From assembly GCA_964199315.1 (NCBI GenBank), contig OZ116698.1, positions 19,902,001 to 19,966,000 on the forward strand: a DNA stretch of 64,000 nucleotides, in the 5' to 3' direction. Below, piece after piece: positions 1-15,100 of the stretch (position 1 is its first letter; the number at the start of each line of letters is the position of its first letter). Under the pieces are notes generated by a model. That model was given only the letters and a program-made list of their open reading frames with translations. It did no database searches and was not told where the DNA came from. The stretch comes from Orbicella franksi. Lineage: Eukaryota. The translations under genes were made by a program, and so were the position numbers.

Positions 1-193
1 CAACGTCAAAATGTGGCAAGATCTATCTCCTCGTGTGCCAATTTTTTGTTCTTACCACATTTTCACGTCATCTGTGATCTATTACGGCAACATAGAATCT
101 TTAACGTCGAGATATTACTCGGAGCGTCACGCAAAACTTCTAACTTCTGCGTGACGGCCCAAATAAGAATTGCATCGGGGATGATATACATAC

Positions 194-3100
194 AGCAGCT
201 CTGTCACGCCTTCCAAATGCTCCATGCTTGGGAAGGAAGAAGTGAAGCCAGCTTCCGACAAGTCCTGCCCAGAACTTCTGCCATGATGACACCTAAAGCA
301 AAACAAGCCCAGAAGCTTAACATGCACGCTTCAAAAGTCGCCCAGTCTCAACCAAACACACCCAGTTGACCAACACCCTCAAAACACACGACAAATTTAC
401 AGTGTGACAGGGAAAAAAAGTCACAATCCAGTCAGTCTCAAACAAATAATAACAGTTCATTTTAACAAGGGAACAACAACAACAACAACAACAAACAGTG
501 GCAGCATGTAAGTTGGTTGTCGCTTGTGGCAAATCCTACTACTTGTCCTAAAACTTACCGTCATTTTTTTGCCTTCCTTCAGACATTTCTTCCTTTTGAT
601 GAAACCTAAGGACACAGTTTGGTCAGTTTTGTTCAAGGAATCACCGAAACAAAAGCCAGCATCACTATCGTCACAATACTAGGATGGCCAGTCGGGACTG
701 ACCTCAACAACGCATCAGCCTCGAATCCAACGCACTACCTACAGCACCACGCGAGGGTACTGTAAAATAGCTGTTATTCGACTGCTTACACGCTGGGATT
801 TCATACAAAATGTGACTTTCCAAGGACTTTTCAAGGCTTGAGCGAACGATGTTTGGCTTAACAAATTGACGTCAGTTTTTCATGCGTCTGTCCTGTTATT
901 GATCATAAATTTCGTCATAACATCGTCAAACGAACTGTATACAAACGAGACGATAGCCGAGTGGATCCGCGGACTTCTTTAACAACGTTATAAACGAAAT
1001 TCATTGTCAATAATAGAAGAGATGCATGAAAAACTGACAACAATTTGTTCTTTTTTTTACAATAAATTATCGCATAAATGATCAATTCATGTGTCTGTCT
1101 CTGTCCGCTACACTGAAAATTAGCCTATGAGCGCGCTCGCAAGAATTTCTGCAGTTACTGCAAAAATCAGGTTTGATTATGATCTTGTCAGAGAACATCT
1201 GGCTTTTAAGTCGTTAGAACTCATGACTTCACCTTTCAATAACACCTACAAATGACATAAGAAGGTCATAACAGGCTATTTTCACTGCCTTCAATCATAA
1301 TTACTCAGGTAATCAAGGAGCTTTGGAGAAAGAAACAAACAAACTATATCGAAATCCACCAATCACAACCCACAGCTTCAGTGTCTGATATTTACCTTCA
1401 ACAGTAAACACTGGATCAGGTGGACACAGGTTGTAGTCCTCGCTCTCGTTGTCACTTATGACACTGTAAGATAGACATTAAAGTACAAATATTCAAGTCA
1501 CGGTCAAATGTGCTGTACACAGAGAGAATCACCAGTATAATGAAGGTGAATATACAGCCATCTATATGGTTTCAGTTGTTTCACAGGACAATATACCGCA
1601 AACATGAGGTAGATTAGCCAGAGAGGGGAGTAGATGGGCCATTCTGACAATGCTTCTTCAGTACCATAATATAGATTAATCATTACAATATAGTTAATTG
1701 TTTGATGACCAACACTGTAAGCGAGATTACATTTTAACAAAAATCACAAGTAATTACATACAGCCTGGCAGGTGATTTACTGGGACACTGTTTCCGAATT
1801 AAGATTTTACCTTGCGGTTTTGCTTAGTTTACAACGTATTTTACCTTCTGTTTAGCAGATTTTGAAGCACGGCTGTTCACAAGATGTCACCATTTAAAGA
1901 AGTTCAAATTTGAACTGCATAAGAAAAACAAATGCTACCTAGACCAAAACACCGTCTAACAATGTCTAACTATCATTGTCTAACTATCATTCTCAAACTC
2001 ATTAATAATTCATCAAGTTTAAACAAAGGAAATCATGTCCGTGAAGTTGTTTAGATATCTGATCTTAATTAGCATAGATTTTTACGATTTTATTTCTTCG
2101 TTTTCTTCCTAGTTTTAGTCTCGATTGAGAAGATATATCAAAAACTCAAGACAGTGTTTGACCACATTTCCAAACACCTCGACGTTCGTCAAAAATACTC
2201 GCTGCGCGTCGTATTTTCAACTCTCTTCTCGGTGTTTGGAAATGTGGTCAAACACGGTCTTTCGTGTTTGATATATTACATGAAATACACCTACCTGTGT
2301 CGGTCCAGAGTCATGTCAGAACTGGTCAGATTTCCTTTAGAGGAAAAGTGTACAATATCTGGTCAGTCGTAAAAGCCAGGTAAACAGGGCATGTACAACT
2401 CATTCTTCCCGCCAACGCCCTCAAAAGGTGTGAATTACCCTAGATGAACCGTTCAAGGAAGGACTTACCAACAGAGGACTTGTTGTCTTCCAGTGGCATG
2501 CTGTCATCTAGTAAATTCCTAGACCCAGTGCTACTCGCTATACTGCAACTAGAAATCAAGTGAAATGACAGTCACATTTCGGTGTGTGTTCTGGGTTGAG
2601 ACATGCTAATCTAGCAGTGCCTTCTCAAGTCAAAACACCATAAACAGGTAAGGAAAAAAATATCGAGGCAGAGGTGGAAAAACAAGGGTAAGTCCCTAGT
2701 CTGTAGTGCTAAGATACCAGGTTTGGGATAAAATGGACAGGGTTGCACTGCAATAGTAGGAAATAAACTGATTCCCGTTTGCCACAAGCGTGGGACTACT
2801 TAGCCTGTGTCACAGCCGCCCTCACAGGCCAGGGACTACTGAGTCCACGTGACTTTCCACACTCTGAGCACTGGTATAAAGGACTATACATGAACATGTA
2901 AGTAAACTGAGCTCAGTTTTCCAATTACCTATTTAACCATGCAAAAAGCGGGCGGTGAATAATTGCTAATCTGATCGTCACAGAACAGATTAACAAAGGT
3001 CTTTATTAAAATCACAATTCAAAACCTCCATTTGCTTACGTTAAGGACTCCGTTGATGACAACGCACTTCCTCCAACAATACTCAACACGCTAAAACAGA

Positions 3101-6100
3101 AACAGACAAATTCCAATCAACTAACAGATAATTAGAGGTGTACCACTATCGAAATAATTAACAGAAGGTCACTCAACCGGTCTAGAGTATTTGTATCGAT
3201 TTTATCAATTGTTCACTTGCGAATTAAGTACTAAGTTTTTGTTATAAATTGTTATAAATAGTTTTTTTAATTACGTTTCTGGCAGGTCCCCACCAGCCTT
3301 TAGGTTGCCTCAAACCAACCTGCCTCAACAAAAAGTATATGTATGTATGTATGTATATGTATGTAACTTGTCTTTCAGACTCATCTTTATTACAAAGTCA
3401 CTTTGGAGTTAACAAACTATTTTGCTAAGTAACTGAGATACTACGCACGCTCTCATTGGCCGATAGGTGTGTTTAGATGAGAGCATGTAAACACGGTTGT
3501 GACGTTTTAGATTCGCGCGTATTCTTGAGAAATATTTTATAAAAGCAATGGAGTACTTTTTCCGTATTTACATGGCCTGATCTAAACACTTGGGGGGCTA
3601 GGAGAATTCTCGAAAGTTATGCAAACCTGAGACGCATTCGAGGGTTTGCATAACTGTCTCGAATTCTCTCAACCCTCCTCGTGTTTAGATGAGGCTATGT
3701 AAACACGGAAAAAGTGCTCTATTGCTTAATTCTCAGACCATGACACAAGCGGTGGTCCCGAATTCATCTCCTCCACGTCTTGTAAAACAGTAAATAGCCA
3801 ACTGGTCAGCCTCCAACCAGTTAGGATTTTTAACAAGTTTTCTTTTTTTTTAAAGTTTTACATGTGTATATCATACACAACTCACTTAGTCCCTAAGCTG
3901 ACAGCCTTTCTATGTCCTGGAACAAACTTTGTGGATGAATTCCCTGGTACATCTAAAAAGATAGAAAAATAGATGTTTGCAACAGAAGTATCCGCTGTAT
4001 TATTAGAACGATCGGGCTCTATGTAAGATTTCACGAAAATTGGGGAGGGGGGTGGGTTGAGGGGAGGAGCATGTGGACCAAACTTCTAGCAATTTAGTTC
4101 TAACTACTGTCAGCAAAGGCACGGCCTTTCAAGCTTGAACGGGAGAGGGAACTCTAGCCAGAATTAATCCTTATAGGCTATCCACAACAGTACGAAACAA
4201 CACTACGAAAACAGCGATAAAATTCCTACCTTTATCTTTGTGTTGCAATTCTAATTTAGTGTGTGTCAGTCCAATATAATTCACAATTCCATAGTTAAGG
4301 AAAATAACATTTTAAGACTCACCACTTATACTCTCTCTTGACCTGGAAGTAGCTTTGTTATTCAGGTTAGAGCTGCTGGGCTTGGGCTCGATCTGAAGAG
4401 ATAACCTAAAAAGAGAAAACAGAAATCTCCTTTGAGTTTGTAGTTACAACAGCACTGTAATAGTAAGTTACACGTGAAAAGAGTTGGAAGCTTTAAAAAG
4501 CGTCTGCATCAATCAGTTCATCTGAAAATGGTTACGTTCAAATGTTTGAGCACAGTGACATATGAATTTTATCAGTTGGACTTAGGTTTATGTAAGTAGA
4601 ACTCACTGTGTGCTAGTCAAGCAGCTTTTCTCAATGATCAAATATACTCTACCTATTTCATTAATTAAGAAGTACAGCCTGAAGAAAATGTATTTCTTGC
4701 CCATCAGGCAAGTTACATTGATTTCTAGCTCAACAACAGAATTCAGGACTTTCTTTGCAAGCAGGAAGTTTGTTGCATGATGACCTGTTACTTCATAATT
4801 CTAATGATATCACCAAAACCTAACTTTAATATTGAATAAATTTCAGAAACCTAACTGTGAAAAGCTGGCCAAATTACACAGGGTTAACTTATACATGTAC
4901 CTTAGGCTTGACGACTAAATATTTGTTTGCATGCACTGTACATGTACTGTACATGTACTCCCCATGTACTTTAAGGTCGGCACACACGAGGGGACTTGTC
5001 CCTGCAACTAAGTCGCGGTGCGAGCTCCATCGTGTGAACTGGCCCTTTTTGCTTCAAAATCTAATCGCGGGGACCAAAGTTTGGTCCCTGCAACTAGTCT
5101 CACGAATTCAAACCAGTTTGAATTTTTGGGACAAGGCCCTACGACTTGTTTCTCAAAACGTTTTGTGTGAACTTTTCATGGGACAAGTCTCTGCAACCAG
5201 TCCCTTCGTGTGAACTCTCCAGGGGACTAGTGGCAGGGACTAGTGGCAGGGACTAGTGGCAGGGACTAGTGGCAGGGACTAGTGGCAGGGACTAGTGGCA
5301 GGGACTAGTGGCAGGGACTAGTGGCAGGGACTAGTGGCAGGGACTAGTGGCAGGGACTAGTTGCAGGGACTAGTGGCAGGGACTAGTGGCAGGGACTAGT
5401 ACTGTTGTGTGTGCCGACCTTTAAGTCCTATTGAAATGACAGTAGTAACTATCAACATGTTTCTCAGCAATCAGTTCTTACTTGTAGTTGTCATCTTCCA
5501 TAAACTTCTGCAGTTCTTCGATATAATTAACAGAACTTAAATAGCTTTGTATGTGGGCTGCAGGTTCAAGATTTTCTAAGAAAAAAGAGTCAGGAAATTT
5601 AACACTTACATGTACGTGAGCACTATGAAATAATCTATAAAGTCACACAGTGTTTACACACATTTAATTCCATAAGACAATTCCATTAGAGTAAAGTTAG
5701 CAACATCTGGCCTTCAATAGTTAAATCAATCAGGGAAGATTCTAAAATTTTCTTTCTTTATCAGTGACTTTGGTAGAATGAATATTTATTTGTACAAGAC
5801 CTTACCATACTTTGACTGTTGGAATTCTGAGATCAACCTGATGATGTCATTCATCTGAAAGTCAAATACACGCTGTTTACTAAAAGAATGTTTCCATAGC
5901 AGTCCCCAGTCCTACATGTAATTAACAATAAGGAGTTTCCATTGTTGACAGCCAGCTCCCAGATGGAGACTGTACCCATTGCTGGCAAATCCTGGCAACC
6001 CAGCCAAGAGCTCCCATACAAAAGGGAAAAAACAGGCTTCAATCACACTGATAAAACAGTTGAACGAGAGGGAAGGAAGGGGGTGAGAGCCTATTAGAAG

Positions 6101-9100
6101 TACTTCCTACTGAAGAAAATACTCACTCCAAGCAAAATGCAAAAGTCACTTTAAGGTACATGTAAGGCTGGCATTCAATCTTTACTGCCTTAAATTGCAT
6201 TTAACTGCATTTAAACTAAAATTGTTTTTCTAGCCAGCTAAGTTCATGATAATTCAACAACCAGGGCAATGCGATCTTATGAGCACCGTACAATGGACAC
6301 TAAAGGGGGCCAGGGACAGATGGTGTGGAGTATAACGGATCATATCAACCCTTGGAGATACAGGGGCCTGGCTGCAATTTGCAGATAGATGCAAGTCTCC
6401 ATCCTGTTCACTCAAAACTACACACTTTCACACTTTATTTCAATTGCATTTAGAAGTTAATACAAGTGCAAAACTGATCCGCTGGTAGCATTAGGTTAAT
6501 CTACAGCAGGCGGATCAGTTTGTATCAGATTATCCATAGTCTGAATTAATTTCTACCTTCATTATCACTAGCTATGTACCTTGCGAGTTCTAGCATCATC
6601 TAGACCTCCAGTGTTGGGATGAATAGTGTCTATGTAAGTTAAATCTGTCAGGTACATGCCTGTTGCAAAAAAAAATAAAAAATGTTGTAACAATGTTAAA
6701 TACAACTTTTGATGAATTATTTACCATTGAATACAACCCACTCTTCTCTCCTAAGACCTTCGAAGTTTCAACCATGTTTACCATACCCAAATTTGTTAGC
6801 CAATCAGAGGTCATGTCTACTGACCTGATATCATGCAATAATCTTTACCATGGATAAATAAAGTCTTGATTTGATTTGATTTGATCCAGTCACTGAACTG
6901 TTGTGGCTACAATTTCCTGGCCACTTTCGAGTAATTAAGTAATATTTCCATGAGTCAAATTGAAAAGAGGAATTAAAAATCTACAGAATATTTAATTAAG
7001 CTCACAATTAAACATTGAGCATTTGTTTTGGGGTCAAAATTTCCCACCGAAACTAAACTCCTCACATGCCCTACATAACTTGCACATCAGGTAGACTACT
7101 TTATTGTTGTTTGTTACATATTTCACTGAAAAGCCCCTTGGGGACATGGAATAAAAGTATGTATGTATGTATGTATACATGCAACATCTTGTCAAAATAC
7201 AAGCCAATGGTCGACCAATCTCAACTACTATGCTGCTGAAGCCTACCAAAGAGGTACAATTACACGTAGGTATAAATATTCAGACTATTATTATCAAACA
7301 CAGACATGATACACTGTACATGTATATATTCTTACCTAAGTATGGAATACAGGGTAGTTTGACGGAACTCAAGTAATCCCTCAGTTGTTTCCTGGTGCAA
7401 ATCAAAAAATAAAGTTTGCTTGGCACGTCAGAATTATACAAAGATTTGTTCACGCCAAAAATAATTTTGGGGTTTATAGGCACTTTAAATGCACTTGACA
7501 ATTCCCAAAGCATAAAATAAGGTTTAACTATATGCATGAAGTCTGAACAGTACTGCAGTCTGAATTGTACCTGTACATGTACAATTTTTACCATTGATGA
7601 TGATGCACAGTCTTAAAATCATTATCTGGCCTGTAGCTGAAATGAAGTACTTCCATGGAGTACCTTCACCATGCACACAGTGGACACTGTAGATTGTGTA
7701 CATGATCAAAATGTTACAATCAGTAATGCATGTTTGATGTTACATTATATAATTAATACGCTATCTTGGAGTTTTGTCTATTTCCCAGCATTTATATTTT
7801 GGAAATAAACTGCTTTAAGATTACATCATACACATGTAAATGTACAGTCATGTATATAGGTTATATCTTAAATAATTATGCTATTATTATGCACAGTTGA
7901 AACTACTCGATCAAGGACTATAATTAATTGCAACATTACCTGTTCTCTTCCTCTGAAAGAAGTTCTGCCAACCTGTCAAACTGGGCACGATCTCTGCGCT
8001 GAATTTGCTGTTAAAAAATGACAACAATAGTTGTCAGCTGTGATAATCATATACATGACTGTAATAATTCCCACACACAAAACACAAATATATTAATGGC
8101 CCATAATCTTTCCTTTTATATTTGACAAAATACAGTAATATGCAAGATTAAGGAAACAAACATTCTCTCCTGAATTTTCAGTAAATGCTCCCTGCAGGGT
8201 ACCAATAGAAAGTGTATTGTAAACGCTATATTATGGAACCTAATTGCAGAGCTATGGCCAATGTACATGTAAAGTCTCATTTTAACCCCCTGATCCTATG
8301 CTGGTTTCTGTGACTTTACACGTACTTAACCTGGAATATTAAAATATCACACATGTTTTGCATACTATTGTAAGTTATAATTAATCAACTTACTGCCCAA
8401 GTCTTGTCCAGTCTATAGATAGGTGCACTCTGAAGTCCAGATATCACTGCCTTCAGAGAGTGAAGACTGTTTAACTCCAAAAGTTTCTGTGTTGTTAACA
8501 AAAATATTTTTACAATGTTTCCAACACCAAACAAAATTCCCAAGTATACTCTAGTTGATCATCAACTTGGAGGGTTGTCCAATACACCTGATTCGTAATG
8601 GGTCACCAAACTGGTGATGATCCGTGACGGGTCGTGACGGCCCATCACCTTTTGTCAGTTTGCGACATGTCGGCAGATCGTCACATTCAGGACAGATGGT
8701 AACAACCCTTGACCGTTTGCCATTTGAAGGGGGGTGAAATTGTTGGCGGATTGTCCCGATCGGGACAGATCACGACGACCTGTGATGGATGATGACCATA
8801 CTGACAGTTTGTCTGTTCAAGAAAGACTTTGATAATTTTTATGGCAGTATTATGGAGGGAGGTGAAAATGTTGGCGGATCATCCCGATCAGGACAGATCG
8901 CAACGACCAGTCACCATTTGTGCAGTTTGCGACATGTCGGCGGATCGTCATGACCAGGACGGATGATGACGATTCATGACCGTTTGTCAGTTTATGAGAG
9001 ACTCATCATTAGCGTGCATCATTCTTTACACTTGTGCGAATGTTTGTGGCCGCTTTTTTTAAGAACGAGGAATATTCACACACTTCATTTGCCTGTTTAT

Positions 9101-12100
9101 TTCTGCTATCCCTTTTCGCGACATGACTTCCGGTGTGATGGTCGAGACAGTCTGTGACAATTCGCGACGAGTTATAACGACCCGGTGAACCGTCACAATC
9201 CGTTGCAAACTGTCACCCCTTTTGCGACCTGTTACGGATTGGGTGTATTGGATATGAGTGTCAACTTGACATCAATAAACTAAGGTAAGTGTACTGTCAT
9301 AAGTACTTTTTCATAACTTAGTGTAAACAGCTACATGTACATTTGTATTAACAAAAGTAACATGACTGTAGACAAGGAAATGACTCAGGTTCATCATTGG
9401 CTTACCTTAGCTATCTTAATAAAGTGAGTTAAAACTGCTGCTCTTGTCTTTGTTCTGTTGGCATTGAGGATTTCTCTGACTACCCAAAAGCTCACCTGTA
9501 TAGAGTATGATTATTAGCTAATGGATGAATAGTTATACATGTAAATTATTCAGTCATTGTTACAAGTCCAGTAATACAAATTGGTGATTCTCATCTGACA
9601 TCATCAAAATCCTAATCCTAAATCCACTTCAAGCCTGAATTTTTTCAGGTTTCAATTTCACAGCTGCTTAAGTTGTGTATATAAATGTGCTAATCAATCG
9701 TGTCTTCATATCTTCCCCACAGTTCAAATATATCATCTTTCATATTTTCATTTGTATCTTCATCATCTACAGGGTATTATTACGAACTCACAATGTGACT
9801 AGCTCCCAGTTGACTTTATAGCTCAGTTGGTATCTAGAGCAATGTATCCGTATAGCAGAGGTCAAGGGTTCAAATCCCACTCAAGCCTGAATTTTTTTCA
9901 GGCTTCAGTTTCACAGCTGGTTAAGATGTATAATTATTAACAACTGTAATGAGTTTTATTATGTACATGCACATGACTTACATGGTTAAATCTCCTTGTA
10001 AGTGCCACTACATTTGGTGCAAGATCTAGCTTTTGTTTCTTTGTCCAGCCACAGCCTGATAACTCCTAATGAAGACAGTTACATGTATGTGTTAATGTTA
10101 AAAATGACAAATGAACAAAAAACCACCCCAGAGCGATTTGCGGAGGTGCGGTGGCCTTAAGCTTATTAGCAGGCTTGACTCTAGTTCAAGTGGTTTGGAT
10201 TCAAGCGTTGCCAGGGGACACTGTGTTGTGTTCTTGGGCATTAAACACCTAGTCTTTAGGCTACTGTATACCTTTATGGCTACAATCCTGGCCATAAGTT
10301 GTTGGGACACCTTTCCTTTTGCGTGCAAAAACCCACAATTTTAACTACGTCCTTGACCAATGTTGAAAAAAATGAAGCTATTCTGAGGAGTAGATCGGAT
10401 GGTGTTAAAAAGGAAAAAGGGACAATAGAAAGTGGTTTGACAGTTGTGTTGGAAGCGAACATGACTGCTGAAAAATCGTTATTATTGGAATAAGACATGA
10501 ATACCTATGTTATCATCAATTTAGTTGGAGAAGACTGTTCTAGGAGGCAAACAATTCTTGAAACGTGGCTATTCTGAAGCTATTATCAAGGTGTTTTGTT
10601 TGTTTTCAAGATTTCTATCAACATTGACAGGAGGGTGGAAGGTAGGCGGGCTTACATGGTCTTGGTCTTAAGAGAGGCTCCCTGCGATTTTAAGAGAGGC
10701 TGCCCGTGAAGTCATCTGCCATAAACTGTCCCAACACTTGTGACCACGATTGTAGTTATCTCATATCCAAGCGATGTAGTGCGTCTGGTTTAAACTGTAG
10801 TTACAATGTATGTAAACCCCTACATATTAAATTAAAGCTTATAGAGCTGGCTATCAAACTATACCAAGAACTTTGAAATAAAATGAATTGTCAAATTCTT
10901 TTACGACCTCTAAATGCAAGTGTCCAAATCACCTTTTGAAAGCTACAAGTCAAAGGGAATTTTGTTATTTGCTTATTTAATTTGTTCCTCAGTTTCATGA
11001 CCCAAAGCACTAAGAAACACATGTCTGCAATTTGCCATATTCACTCAGAAATTTACACACAAGTTTAACTTACATCTGGACTGATTGACTTAAACACAGA
11101 CAGATCCAAAATAGTGAGCTGTTGCTGTTAAGAAACAAATCAAAACAAGCAAGTTAAACTAATTTATATTTATTAATTTATACCAAAGGTAGGGGAGAAG
11201 AAGGAAGTAGGAGTGGGAGGCAGAGAATCAAGTAGGGAAAAAACTGGAGATGAGAAGAGAAAGAGGCACAGTTGGGAAGGAGTCCATGGTGATGTGAAGA
11301 AATAAAAAAAAGGAAATGGGAAGGGAAAGAAAATGGAAATATGAGGAGGAAGGAGAAGCATATGTAAATGCAGAGGAGAGGGAGAGGGAGAGAGCCACAG
11401 GAAAGTGAAGAAAAGGGAGAAGGCAACAAAATGGAGATTAGTGATAACAAAGAAAAGAGAGTTACAAAGGAGAAGATCTTGAAAAAAGAAGAATAAATTA
11501 TAAGAAAGGGATGAAGAGGGAGATGTGAAGGCTGAGGTGAGGGAGATCGGAAGGAAAAATTATAGAGATAAAAGAAACCTGCAAGAAAAATGAAAAGAGA
11601 AGGAGAAGAGGGTGATAGGAGAGAAAAGGAGAGGGTAATGCAAAGAGTAATGAGAGTAAGAGATAAAGGAAAAGGGTAAGGGAAGTGAGAAGTTGATACA
11701 TGTACTGTAGGAAGGAAAAGGAGATAGACATGGGAGGGGAAAGGCAAGGCTTCCAATCACCTAGAGGTGGTTTTCAGGAGGATCGTCTGAAAAATTAAAG
11801 TCTAAAATGAGTGATGGGAAAGTCCAAAATGAGTGATGGGTAATGAAAAGAGAGTCAGAGTGATTGTAAGGGAAACAAAAGGGTGATGGGAAAGGAGAGG
11901 TGAGAGCGATGGGAAGGGAAAAATGAAGGTGATGGAAAGGAAAAGAAGTGAGTGATTTGATAGGAATGGAAAGGAGAGAGTGGTGGGAATGGCAAAGAGT
12001 GGGTGATGGAAAGGAAAAGAAGTTAGTAACATGATAGGTAGAGTAAGGAGAGGGTGTGTGCATGGAAAGGAGAGGGTCATGAGAATAAAAAGGACTGGGT

Positions 12101-15100
12101 GAAAATAGGGGGAGATAGGAAGGGAAAAGACAGGGTGACGAGAAGAGAAATGAGATGAGATAGGAAGGGGAAAGAGATAGAGAAAGAAAATGGAATGGAG
12201 TGATATGGAAAAGAGAAAGAAGAGGGTAGTGTGAAAAGGAGAGGGAAAGGAGAGGGAAGGAGAGGGTATTGGAAGGGAAATAAGAGGAAGATAGAGAGGA
12301 AAAGAAGAGGGTCCGTGAAAGGAAAATTACAGGATTATGAGAAGAGGAAGGAGAGGGTGAAACAAAACATAAGAAAGTGACCGCCAAGTATATATTGAAA
12401 TATACAACAAAACACAATGTTAAAAAACACCTGTCCTCATAAAATAATGAATATAATGAAATGCATATACCTTATAATTAAGCTAAAGGCACCTAATATA
12501 ATTTATTAATGAAAAAATACTGCATATATATAATGACCAAAGCACTGTACAGCATATGACAAAAATACCACACATATACATGTAATGACCAAAGCACCTC
12601 ATGCATACACTGTACAAATGACAAAGCACCTCCAATAATCAAATAAGCACCACAGGTGATGAAGAAAAATTCATAACTAAAGGCAGTTAAATATGTTGTT
12701 CCGTCCACATAAAAACATAAAACGTGTCACTTACAGCAAATTCTTCAGGTTGAACCTTCAGTACATCAAACAAAGCTGAATCAAAATCCTTCACATCAGT
12801 TGAATCAATTTCATCCTCCTCCTCTGAAGACTATCAAACACACATGATTGTACAAACTCATAATTAAATTTCTACAACTTCTCCTTCTATTCCTTATTGT
12901 CAACTCAAGTTCTGACAGATGCATTGTAAGTCTTTTCCAGAGCTTTCATATTGGGCTCAAACTATACATGTACATGTACTTGCAACTGCAATACTTGTCA
13001 ATCAGGAGTAAATAAAAAGAAAAACAATAAAACTTGCCACCTTCATGAGGGGCCCCAAGTTCTGGTAGATGGCAAAACAGTTGTATTTTTTGTGAATGCG
13101 GGCAATTTCTGTCACTTCAGTGACATTATACGTCCCCTGCTTAGAACAAATTTGTTGTATGAAAAGCCAACAGTCGTTTTCTCGCCTCACGCGCTTCACA
13201 CACAAGGATCGTGCTTACGGCACTTCGCGCCTTCCGAAAACGTTCAAAAACAACTGTTTTGCAGTCTAAAGTTCCGGACCCTACACAAATACTGAAACAG
13301 ATTTTAAACTCACTAATCATAAACAGTACATGTAAAGTACACTAACAGGCTGGTGCAACTACAGTACACAGAAATTTAAGTTTCAGTCCAGGCTGAAGTT
13401 AATCCCAGGCTGAAAATTCCAGACTGGAAAGCCTCCAGTGTCCAGATGAGCTTGAAGAGCCCAAAAAGGCCATGCAATCAGAATGCAATTTCAGTCTCAT
13501 CTGAAAAGAGCACTTGGGCATGCATATATATTAACAGTGAAATTGTGTTTTCACTGGCACAAGATGGTGCCTGAGAGGGAAAAAAACTATATAAAATCAA
13601 TCAACAGCACCTTTCACAGTATTGAAAGGCCAACATGTACTGCTGCCTAAAAGAAATATTTCCAGCCCCCATGAATTTTGACAAGCCGTTTTGTACAATC
13701 CACATGACTGTATAATACTAGCACCTCACCTCATCATAATTGCCATTCCCAGGAAGTTCTTCTGTTGACATGGCGATATTGACTTTTGGTGAAAGTTCTG
13801 ATTCCAGTAAATAATGACTGGCAAAGGATGTCTTTGGGGTTGACATTGCAGTGACTTTAACTTGCAACTTGTTTTTCTATGTAAAGAACTATTAAGACAA
13901 AGTATCAATCTTACATGTACTAAACCAGCATTTGGTTCTTGTTGTAAGACAAAAGATTGCATTAGCATGTATACACTATAGGTAAAGTGCATGTAATACA
14001 TAACATCTAACTATTTTCGTACTTTATGTAATATCAGTTCACATACATTTTCTTTTATGTACAGTACATGTATGTGCAATGATTCTACAACAGACCATTT
14101 TGCAGTTGTCTGCTCAGTAACCTGACCCTTGAATGGCAGCGAGGCTGGAGGTGACCTTGTTTAGATACAGACCTCAATGCTTTTTTGTTGTGTAAATCAA
14201 GTTGTTCTAATGCTAACTAGGTGAATTTACATGACAAAAGCAGAGAGGTCTGTATCAAAGCAAGGTCACCTCCAGCCTTGCTGCCATTCAAAGGCCAGGT
14301 CACCGAGCAGACAACTGTAAAATGGACTATTCTGGACAAGAAAACTGTTGTGACAATAATATTAAAATTCAATGAAAATTCAGGAGTACCCAACCAGATC
14401 AACTCCTCTGCATTTTTGCTTAGTTTTGCAAAAGATTATCCTGACTTTCATGGTTTTCACCCAAAACCTGTGTGCAAAAAAACTTGAGTCCAATAGCCTG
14501 GGGTTATTTGACCTGCACATCCTCAACAGGCAATATTGAAATTGTTTTGGGAAAATATTTGAGGGAAGTTCAAACTGAAATTACAGTTGTTAAGTAGTAC
14601 TGTTAAAGATGAAATTATCATAGATGTAATAAATAAATTCAATTTTAAATTGATTAAACATGCCAGTAAGAAACTTTTGGGTGATCCTGTAAGAAAGAAC
14701 TTTGGAGGAGGGGCTAGAGCATCATACATGTACTTGTACTCACAATTGCTTGAAATTTTGCCGCACTTTGCACAACTCAAAGATTAAAAGTTGCTAAAAA
14801 TTTGGGGAGGATACAGGCACTTCAACAACAGAAAATATTTTCTGTGCTTCTATCAAAATAAAGAAACAGACTGAAGTAAAAGTTTGCAGGAGCAAGAAAT
14901 GGGGTGGGAGCTAGCACAAACCAAAGAAGAGTGTTTCAACGGTCTTTTTGAGTACCCTTATTTTCACAAGTGTTTCTATGGCTTGATAAGGCCACACAGC
15001 AAATGTATCCTTGGCTATTTCTTTTTACAAGATAAGGTAACATAGAGATAGGAAAACCACTGCTGTGTGATATGCACTGCAGAGCTTTAGAAGTGAATTA

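Noticed and set aside
55-70. Possible 16-nt RalGPS microexon (CAG|ATGACGTGAAAATGTG|GTAAG on minus strand)
   Set aside because: In the required phase 0 it reads ATG ACG TGA (stop) and does not match the expected PH-domain continuation.
5836-5862. CTGATGA...GAAA hammerhead-like spacing (also at 31594 and 38610)
   Set aside because: Inside coding exons with no stem II or stem I pairing; chance matches.
9812-9886. Functional tRNA gene
   Set aside because: Insertion after the D-loop GG, poor acceptor and anticodon stems, and embedded in a tandemly repeated unit; treated as a tRNA-derived repeat.
10141-10250. tRNA-SINE head fragment (also a weaker one at ~680-755 minus)
   Set aside because: Only degenerate A/B-box resemblance; too decayed to delimit without a repeat library.
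11173-12417. Several long minus-strand ORFs (up to 218 aa)
   Set aside because: F/L/S/P-rich products of a pyrimidine tract that lacks stop codons for compositional reasons; lies in a RalGPS intron.
14587-14787. 66-aa plus-strand ORF in RalGPS intron 1
   Set aside because: No recognisable motif, splice support or codon signal.
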